Source: an uncultured Spirochaetota bacterium (GTDB lineage: Bacteria > Spirochaetota > Spirochaetia > SZUA-6 > CAVTHK01). From it: DNA of 64,000 bases. The stretch lies in assembly GCA_963734495.1 (NCBI GenBank), contig CAVTHK010000006.1:1-64000 (forward strand). Reading direction: 5' to 3'. Below the pieces are notes generated by a model. The model searched no databases. It was given only the letters and a program-made list of their open reading frames with translations, and was not told the DNA's origin. This document shows, piece after piece, positions 57,209 to 64,000 of the stretch (position 1 is the stretch's first letter; each line of letters starts with the position of its first letter). The position numbers were made by a program, and so were the translations under genes.

Positions 57209-57805
57209 ATGAAACAACGGCAGAGCCTCGTGATCGGTGTCCTCCTGGCCGTCGCATTCTCGGCAGGCGCGCAGGACTTCTCGCAGGGCCTCGGAGTCCG
57301 GGGCGGCATCGGCACGGACATCACATTCGGAGGCGTCGCTTGCGGGGTCGGAGTCAACAAGCTCCTGGGCGAAGAGCTCGAGATCGGCCTGCAATTCTAC
57401 TATGGAAGCTTCGAGGAGACGGACAAGGAAGCAGTCAACACCTACGTCGACACGACGAAAGTGACCGCTTTCACCGCTCTCGCGAACCTTCTCTACGGGT
57501 ACCACCGCGGCGAAAGCGGATTCTTCTTTCTCACCGGCGTAGGTCTCGGCTATCTCGGGGTCAACTGGGAAGAGAGGAGCGACACCGACATGACCCTCGG
57601 CACGCTTCTCCCGGGCGGCGGAAGCAAGCAGACGTTCGACGGCAGCGCCGGAGGGCTCATTCTGAACCTGGGCGCCGGATACGCGATTCCCGGCGGCATG
57701 GACGTGCGGTTCGAGGTCCCCATCGTGATCGCGATCGGGGACACCGGCGGAGCGTCGCACATAATACCGCTGTTCACGCTCACCGCCGGATACCGTTTCC
57801 GCTAG
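57209..57805 (+). CDS. Outer-membrane beta-barrel protein (8-strand type)
   Basis: Signal peptide, amphipathic strands, ends LTAGYRFR. Confidence 0.75.
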   Translation: MKQRQSLVIGVLLAVAFSAGAQDFSQGLGVRGGIGTDITFGGVACGVGVNKLLGEELEIGLQFYYGSFEETDKEAVNTYVDTTKVTAFTALANLLYGYHRGESGFFFLTGVGLGYLGVNWEERSDTDMTLGTLLPGGGSKQTFDGSAGGLILNLGAGYAIPGGMDVRFEVPIVIAIGDTGGASHIIPLFTLTAGYRFR

Positions 57806-57991
57806 ATCGGGCACGGTCCGCCGTGCCCAGACCCGCGGAAGCGGCGGGAACGGCGGTCAGCCGCAAGTCCGACAGGCTCATGGACGCGGGCCCGCGGACG
57901 CCTGGACGCTGATGGAAAAGGGCCGGCGGGCTGCCGCGAACGGCCCTTCGCCAATCCGGTGAGCCGGAGGAGCGCACTGCTGCTTGCCCAC

Positions 57992-58486
57992 TCAGGAGCG
58001 GGCAAGCAGCAGCTGCATCAGGCGTACGTCGATGTAGCGGCCGAACTTGTAGCCGACTTCGCTCATGGTGCCGACGAGGCGGAAGCCGGCGCGCTCGTGC
58101 AGGCGCACGCTCGGCTCGTTGTCGCCGGCGATGCGCGCGAGGACCGTGTGCAGCCGCGCCTCGCGGCCCGCGGCGAGCAGCTGCTCCATGAGCCGGCCCC
58201 CGATCCCCTGGCCGCGGCGGCCCTGCTCGACGTAGATCGAGATCTCGGCCGTGCCGTCGTACGCGGGCCGGTCCGACCACCGCGAGAGCGACGCCCAGGC
58301 GACGACGGCGGCGCCGTCGACGGCGACGAGGACGGGGTGGCGCGCGTCGTGAAGCGCGAGCCAGTCCACGATCTGCCGCTCCGTCCTCGGCTCCGTGTCG
58401 AAGGTGGCCGTGCTGCTGACGACCGCGTCGTTGTAGATCTCCGCGATCGCCGCGCAATGCTCGCTGGCAGCCGGTGCGATTTGCAT
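57992..58486 (-). CDS. GNAT N-acetyltransferase (YncA/MnaT/phosphinothricin type)
   Basis: IYNDAV..STATFD, EISIYV, RGQGIG, NEPSVRLHE..GF, GYKFGR. Confidence 0.92.
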   Translation of the reverse strand: MQIAPAASEHCAAIAEIYNDAVVSSTATFDTEPRTERQIVDWLALHDARHPVLVAVDGAAVVAWASLSRWSDRPAYDGTAEISIYVEQGRRGQGIGGRLMEQLLAAGREARLHTVLARIAGDNEPSVRLHERAGFRLVGTMSEVGYKFGRYIDVRLMQLLLARS

Positions 58487-58517
58487 GCGTTCTCCTATGT
58501 CGGCGCCGCCGCGGGCC

Positions 58518-59993
58518 TCAATCCACGTATCCCTGCAGCACCCAGCCGCGCGTGCCCAGGTCGCGGTAGAGCCACTCGATCCGCCCCTCGGGCCCCTCGG
58601 CAAAGTAGTATTCGCGATCCGCCTCGCCGCCGTTCCACCAGGAGCCCGACAGGGCGTAGGGGCCTCCCACAAAGCGACTCGCGGAGCGGCCCGCGAGCGG
58701 CCGCGCGCCCAGAGGCCGCGGCGCCTCCAGGATGCGGCGCACCAGCACGGGAGCCTGCGCAGCCGGCGTCTCGTCGCCGCCCCCGCCCGCGCGCTCCGGC
58801 TCCGGGCGCGCCTCCACCCACGCGTACTGCCGCTCCGGAAGGTGCTCGTCCACCGGCTGCGCCTGCACCACCGCGTCGTTGCCGAGCTCGGCCCGCAACC
58901 GCGCAAAGGCGCGGGCCGCGGCGGCGAGATCGCGCCTGGGGCGCCTGCGGAAGAGCTCCGGCTGCACATCCTGCGCCTTTGTCCGCTCCGCGTCGAGCGC
59001 GATGCGCACGACCGGCGAGCCGAGGGCAAGCGAGGCGAGCCGCAGGTCGAGGAGCTCTAAAAGAAGGCTGCGGCCCCGCGTCGGTTCCGCAGGCTTCAGG
59101 CTCTCCCGCAGCGTCTCCCCGCGCTCCAGGCCGAGCGAAAGGGAGATCTCGACGGCGAGCTCGCCCTTGTGCCGCAGGTCCGCGATCAGCCGGTCGAGGA
59201 GCGCGGCCGCGTGGAGCATCAGCCGGCCGCGGTCGGCCTCGGGCGCGGCGAGCCGGCGCGCGAGCGCGAGCGGCTCAGCCGGCGGATCGGCCTGGATCGG
59301 GAGCGCCAGGCCGCCGGAGGCGAAGCGCCAGGCCGCCTCGGCCTCGGCCCCGTAGCGGCGGAGCAGGCCGCCCGGCGGCAGCCGCAGGAACGCCTCCACC
59401 GTCCGCACGCCCAGCCGCGCGAAGCGCTCCTCGAGCCGCGGCTCGAGGCCCAGCACGGCGAGCGGCGCGTCGAGGGCGAGCCGCCGCTCCTCCTCGGGGC
59501 TGGCGAGCACGCGGGCGCCCCGTCGGCCGCGCGCCGCGGCGTAGCACCCGAAGCGCGTAAAGCCGACCGCCGCCCGCGCGGCCAGCTCCGCGCCCTGCAG
59601 CGCCTCCAGCACCGCGCTCACCCACCCCTCGAGCGAGCCGTAGAGCTCCTCGAGGCCGGAGGCGCCCACCCAGAAGACGCCGGGCTCTTCGCGCTTCGGC
59701 TCCACCTGCGGGCTCGCCCCGCGCAGCAGGCCGCCGATGAGCTCGACGCCCGCCGCGATCTCGTCCGCGGCGACGGGCGCGGCCCGCAGCTCCGGCGCCA
59801 GCGCCAGCGCGGTGGCGTAGCGCATCCCCGCGGCCACGCCCGCCCGCCGCGCCCGGCCGTTGGCTGCCAGCACGGGCGCGAGCGGCCTGTCCTCGGCCAC
59901 GACGGCGGCGGGGTGGCGGCGCCAGGCCTTTTCCCGCCGCAGCAGAAGCTGCAGCGCGAGCTGCGGCACGTCAACGCAGGCCAGCCGGCCCAT
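58518..59993 (-). CDS. imuB: ImuB, inactive Y-family polymerase-like mutasome subunit
   Basis: ACVDVP, ARRAGVAAGM, C-terminal GPYALSGSWW..REYYFAE; between imuA and dnaE2. Confidence 0.88.
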   Translation of the reverse strand: MGRLACVDVPQLALQLLLRREKAWRRHPAAVVAEDRPLAPVLAANGRARRAGVAAGMRYATALALAPELRAAPVAADEIAAGVELIGGLLRGASPQVEPKREEPGVFWVGASGLEELYGSLEGWVSAVLEALQGAELAARAAVGFTRFGCYAAARGRRGARVLASPEEERRLALDAPLAVLGLEPRLEERFARLGVRTVEAFLRLPPGGLLRRYGAEAEAAWRFASGGLALPIQADPPAEPLALARRLAAPEADRGRLMLHAAALLDRLIADLRHKGELAVEISLSLGLERGETLRESLKPAEPTRGRSLLLELLDLRLASLALGSPVVRIALDAERTKAQDVQPELFRRRPRRDLAAAARAFARLRAELGNDAVVQAQPVDEHLPERQYAWVEARPEPERAGGGGDETPAAQAPVLVRRILEAPRPLGARPLAGRSASRFVGGPYALSGSWWNGGEADREYYFAEGPEGRIEWLYRDLGTRGWVLQGYVD

Positions 59994-60630
59994 GGCAGCT
60001 CTCCCCGCAGCGCCAGCCCGCGCCCCGGCGCTTGTCCTTGAGCGGCCGCAGCTCGCAGCGCCAGCGGAAATCCCCGAGCCTCTCGCTGCGGCACAGCGCG
60101 CGCAGGCTCACGGTAGAGCTGTCGCCGATCGGGCCCGCGCCCGCGAGGCAGAGCAGCGCCGTGTCGTGCCTGCGCGCAAGCTGCGCGAGGCGCGCCTGGG
60201 CCGAGGCGCGGACGCGGGCGGCCGCGAGCCCCGCCAGGTCCACGACGACGAGGCCGAAGGCGCCGGACCGCAGCAGCCGGTCGGCCGCGCGCGCGGCCTG
60301 CGGCGCGTCGGCGACGCGCACCACCGGCAGCCGGTCGAGCGCCACGCCGTTGGCCGCCATGTCGGGGGGAAAGAAGACCGCGGTGCCCGCGGCGATCCAG
60401 CAGGCAGGCTCGCCGCAGGACTGCGCTTCGAGCACGAGACGGCAGGCGAGGGAAAGGCTCCCCTGCCCCGCGAGCTCGGTGAGCCGTCCGGCCAGCGCGG
60501 CCAGGCTCCAGGGCCGTTCGCCGGAGAGCCGCTCCTCCAGCGCCGCCGCGCGGACCAGCCTGAGGAACGGCGTCGCCTCGCGTGCGGAGGGCGTGGACGC
60601 CGATACGGACATTCCGGGCATCGCAGCCAT
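59971..60630 (-). CDS. imuA: ImuA, RecA-like mutasome subunit
   Basis: GRLTEL, FFPPD..GVALDRL, LLRSGAFGLVVVD; degenerate Walker A; cassette context. Confidence 0.85.
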   Translation of the reverse strand: MAAMPGMSVSASTPSAREATPFLRLVRAAALEERLSGERPWSLAALAGRLTELAGQGSLSLACRLVLEAQSCGEPACWIAAGTAVFFPPDMAANGVALDRLPVVRVADAPQAARAADRLLRSGAFGLVVVDLAGLAAARVRASAQARLAQLARRHDTALLCLAGAGPIGDSSTVSLRALCRSERLGDFRWRCELRPLKDKRRGAGWRCGESCHGPAGLR

Positions 60631-60643
60631 CGGCGCGTAACCT

Positions 60644-61270
60644 CTACGTGATCGGCCCCTCGTAGGAGCGCCGCACCTCGAGCACCTTGCCGAGGATGGA
60701 GAAGCGCTCGCCGTCCGACGCATCCGGCACGATCGGCTCGTAGGCGGGATTGGCGGGGTGCAGCTCCACCCTTCCCTTTACGATTCTGAAGGTCTTGACC
60801 GTCGCCTCCTCGCCTGATAGAGCCACGACGATGTCGCCCGGCTCCGCCGTCGGCTGCTGCCGCACGACCACGACGTCGCCCTCGAGGATCCCCGCGTCGC
60901 GCATGCTGTCGCCCTTGACCCGCAGGGCGAAGAGGCGCTCCTGCGGCGTCCGCGACCGGACCGCGAGCATGCCCTGAGCATCCTCGATCGCCGTGGTGAG
61001 CGGACCGGCCGCGACGCGGCCGAGCAGGGGGATCGAGACCACGGGTGCGGCGCCCCCGCCGGCCAGGCGGTAGGCCCGCGCCTTGTGCGGCTCCTTGGCG
61101 AGGCGCCCCTCGGCCACGAGCGCCTCGAGGTGCTCGCGCGCGCTCTGCACCGAACGGAAGCCGAACGCCTCCTGCACCTCGCGCACCGTCGGGGGAGAGC
61201 CCGCCGCAAGACGGTCGCGGACAAACGCGAGCACCCGGCCGCGGGTCTCGCCCGGCTCGCTGTACGCCAT
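60644..61270 (-). CDS. lexA: SOS repressor LexA
   Basis: PPTVREVQ HTH, GRVAAG cleavage site, GDSM, ATVK. Confidence 0.96.
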   Translation of the reverse strand: MAYSEPGETRGRVLAFVRDRLAAGSPPTVREVQEAFGFRSVQSAREHLEALVAEGRLAKEPHKARAYRLAGGGAAPVVSIPLLGRVAAGPLTTAIEDAQGMLAVRSRTPQERLFALRVKGDSMRDAGILEGDVVVVRQQPTAEPGDIVVALSGEEATVKTFRIVKGRVELHPANPAYEPIVPDASDGERFSILGKVLEVRRSYEGPIT

Positions 61271-61275
61271 ACTCG

Positions 61276-61321
61276 CTCCTATGACCTGGCTTCGCCAGGT
61301 CCCAAGCCCGCTTGCGGGCCC
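61276..61321 (-). promoter_or_regulatory. Two-hairpin 5'-leader motif, copy in front of lexA
   Basis: GGGCCCGC-AA-GCGGGCTT-GG-GACCTGGC-GAA-GCCAGGTC-AT-AGGAG. Confidence 0.65.
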
Positions 61322-61325
61322 GGCA

Positions 61326-61354
61326 AGAATAGCATACATATGTATGGCAGTCAA
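61326..61354 (-). promoter_or_regulatory. lexA promoter TTGACT-N17-TATTCT with perfect palindrome CATACATATGTATG (61333-61346)
   Basis: Near-consensus promoter, 14-bp palindrome in spacer. Confidence 0.85.
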
Positions 61355-61489
61355 GGTGAAGTAAAAATTGAAGGCACCGCGCGGCCGCGTGAGGGCGGCG
61401 ACCGCCGACCCTGCCTTCAACTTTTGTCGATTTCCTGCGTTCCCGACGACTATCAAGTGTTCGACCGGCAACGAAGAACGGGAGGGAAC

Positions 61490-61831
61490 GTGAAATACAT
61501 GCTGTTGATCGTCGCGGCCGAAGGGCCGCGGATGACCCCTGCGGAGAGCGCGGAGATGGCGGCGGCGACCACCGCGTGGGTGAGGGAGATGGACGGCCGC
61601 GGGGTCCGCGAGCAGGGCCACCGCCTGCGCCCGGTACGCGACGCGCGGAGCGTCCGGGTGCGCAGGGGCAAGCTGTCGGTGACGGACGGACCCTTCGTGG
61701 AGACGAAGGAGCAGATCGCGGGCTTCGACCTGATAGAGTGCTCGAGCCTCGAGGAGGCGATCGAGGTGGCGTCGAAGCATCCGGTCGCCTCGATCGGCAC
61801 GGTCGAGGTGCGGCCCTTCTGGGACGAGTAG
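61490..61831 (+). CDS. YciI family (DGPF domain) protein
   Basis: TDGPFVETKEQIAGF, VEVRP. Confidence 0.92.
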   Translation: MKYMLLIVAAEGPRMTPAESAEMAAATTAWVREMDGRGVREQGHRLRPVRDARSVRVRRGKLSVTDGPFVETKEQIAGFDLIECSSLEEAIEVASKHPVASIGTVEVRPFWDE

Positions 61832-61869
61832 CCGCCAGGGGCCGCCGAGCTGGACAGCGCGGCAGCCGC

Positions 61870-63108
61870 GTGCTAATCCGTCCGGCAGTGAAAGAGCCGG
61901 CTTCCCGCAGGCTGCGCGCGAGCCTCCGCTCCGCCTTTGCCGACCCTGCCTTTCGCCGGAGCTTCGGCTACTACTCTCTCTACGTCTGCCTGGGGCTGGA
62001 CCTCGGAGTCCTGGGACCGACGCTGCCGGCCCTGGCCGCGCAGACGCACGCCCGCCTGGGAGAGATGGGCCTGCTCTTCCTCTGCGGCTCCGCGGGCGGC
62101 GCCGCGGGAACGGCGATCAGCGGCTGGTTCTTCGACCGCGTGCGCGGTCACCTCGTGCTCGGCGTCGCGGCGCTGTGCGCGGCGGTGCTGATCGCGCTGA
62201 TGCCCCTCGCGCCTTCGTTCTGGCTGCTGGCCTGGATCGTCGTCATCAAGGGCGCGGCCCACGGCTTCATCAACACGGGAGCGAACACTCTCCTCGTCTG
62301 GACGCACGGCGACAAGTCCGGGCCGTACATCAACGCGCTGCACTTCTTCTTCGGGCTGGGCGCTTTCGTCGCCCCTCTCGTCGTGGCGCAGCTCATCGGT
62401 TCCCCGGGCGGATACCGCGTGGCCTACTGGGTGCTCGCCGCCTTCGTGGGGCTGAACGGCCTGCGCATGCTGGCCGCGGCGGGAAGCCCGCGGCCGGCGC
62501 GCGCGAGGGCCGCGGGGGCAACAGCCGCGCCCGCGGCGGCCGGCGGGCCCGCGCCCTACCCCTTTGTCGTCGTCGCGGCGCTGTTCCTCTTCTTCTATGT
62601 GGGCGCGGAGATCTCTTTCGGCGGCTGGGTCTACACCTACGCCGTCAGCCTGCGGCTGGCCACGGAGGCGGGAGCCGCCTATCTCAACTCGGCGTTCTGG
62701 ATGGCATTCACCGCGGGGCGCCTCGCGTCGATTCCGCTCGCCACCCGCTTCAGGCCGCTGCAGGTGATCCCGACCGCGGTCCTCGGCTGCCTCGCGTTCC
62801 TGGCGCTGGTGCTGCTCCTGCCGTCGTCTTCCGCAGCCCTCTGGGCCGCCGCGATCGGGCTGGGCCTCTGCATGGCGCCCGTCTGGCCGACCGGGTTCAC
62901 GCTGGCCGGCCAGTCGATCGCCCTGAGCGGCCGCCTGACCAGCCTCATACTCCTCGGCGACGCATTCGGGGGGATGGTGCTGCCTTCGACCATCGGCAAG
63001 GTCATCGAAAGCGCCGGGCCGCGCTCGATGGTGTACCTGATCGCGGCGAGCCTGGTGCTCAACCTGCTGGCCCTGGCGGGCATGCTCAAGCTGCGGCCGC
63101 AGAAGTAG
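61870..63108 (+). CDS. MFS transporter (FucP/TsgA-like), start approximate
   Basis: LGPTLPALA, INALHFFFGLGA, FFYVGAE, FW.AFTAGR. Confidence 0.88.
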   Translation: MLIRPAVKEPASRRLRASLRSAFADPAFRRSFGYYSLYVCLGLDLGVLGPTLPALAAQTHARLGEMGLLFLCGSAGGAAGTAISGWFFDRVRGHLVLGVAALCAAVLIALMPLAPSFWLLAWIVVIKGAAHGFINTGANTLLVWTHGDKSGPYINALHFFFGLGAFVAPLVVAQLIGSPGGYRVAYWVLAAFVGLNGLRMLAAAGSPRPARARAAGATAAPAAAGGPAPYPFVVVAALFLFFYVGAEISFGGWVYTYAVSLRLATEAGAAYLNSAFWMAFTAGRLASIPLATRFRPLQVIPTAVLGCLAFLALVLLLPSSSAALWAAAIGLGLCMAPVWPTGFTLAGQSIALSGRLTSLILLGDAFGGMVLPSTIGKVIESAGPRSMVYLIAASLVLNLLALAGMLKLRPQK

Positions 63109-63150
63109 CCGCGGCGCGGGTCATGCCGAAACGCCCGGCGAGACCCTCCC

Positions 63151-64000
63151 TCACGAGCAGCCGGTCGTGCCCCCGCAGGTCTCGCACTTGAGGCAGGTGC
63201 CGTTGCGCACCAGCGTGAAGTGGCCGCACGTCGGGCACGGGTCGCCCTCGTAGCCCTGCATGCGCGCGAGCAGCATCGGGCTCTCGTCCTCCGCGGGCTG
63301 TGCGGCCCGGCCGACCGGGCCGCCCGAAGCGCCGTTGCCGTTCCTGCCGTTCTCCATCGTCTCGGTGGCGATCAGGTCGTCCGGTTTGACCTGCACCAGG
63401 TCGGTCCGGTGGAGGTAGGTCAGCGCCAGGTCGCGGAAGATCAAGTCCAGGACCGACGTGCACATCTTGATGTTGTCGTGGCCGTGCACCATCCCGTTGG
63501 GCTCGAAGCGCGTAAAGGTAAAGGCGTCCACGTACTCCTCGAGCGGCACCCCGTACTGAAGGCCGAGAGAGACCGCGATGGCGAAGCTGTTGAGCAGCGA
63601 GCGGAACGCGGCGCCCTCCTTGTGCATGTCGAGAAAGATCTCACCGAGCGCCCCGTTCTCGTACTCGCCGGTGCGGATGAACAGGCTGTGCTGCCCGATC
63701 TTGGCCTTCTGCGTGTAGCCGTTGCGCCTGTTGGGCAGGGGGCTGCGCTTCTGGAGCTGGGCTGCAGCCTCCGCCGCCGCAGCCGGGGCGCGCGCGGCCG
63801 GGGCCGCCGACGGGCGGGCGCGCGGCGTGAGGCTCGCGCGCCGCCCTGCCCGCGGCGACGATCTCCTCCGCTACCGAGTCCGCGCTCGCGCCGAGCGCCG
63901 ACAGCGGCTGGCTCAGCTTGGAGCCGTCCCGGTAGAGCGCGATCGCCTTGAGCATCTTGCGCCACGAGTCCAGGTACGCCTCCTTGATCTCTTCGACGGT
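63151..64000 (-). CDS. nrdJ: Class II (B12-dependent) ribonucleotide reductase, 3' part only; one frameshift near 63800
   Basis: [31 protein letters not shown] (TSCPD), CPTC..CETC zinc ribbon. Confidence 0.92.

Overview
GC-rich bacterial chromosomal window, probably from a Spirochaetota genome (inferred from a DUF5312-like protein, a spirochete-style 'FAGGxKD' solute-binding-protein N-terminus and a soluble class III cyclase type). It holds about 50 mostly metabolic, transport and signalling genes. These include two ABC importers, DhaK/DhaL, five Gfo/Idh/MocA oxidoreductases, a GH88-like hydrolase, DegT- and class I/II aminotransferases, three class III nucleotide cyclases, a PilZ protein, a hybrid histidine kinase, a DUF433/DUF5615 toxin-antitoxin pair, a lexA-imuA-imuB...dnaE2 mutagenesis cassette and the 3' end of nrdJ. 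About ten genes carry single-base frameshifts, most likely assembly indels. No rRNA, tRNA, CRISPR array or transposase was found. The two strongest hidden signals are: (1) a recurrent two-hairpin 5'-leader motif (GGGCCC-[hairpin]-GGGCUU-GG-GAYCUGGC-loop-GCCAsGUC-AN-AGGAG) directly in front of the ribosome-binding sites of three unrelated genes (cupin, aldo/keto reductase in tandem, lexA); (2) a candidate LexA operator CATACA-N2-TGTWTG in the same register inside the 17-bp spacers of the lexA and dnaE2 sigma70 promoters of a split SOS mutagenesis cassette.
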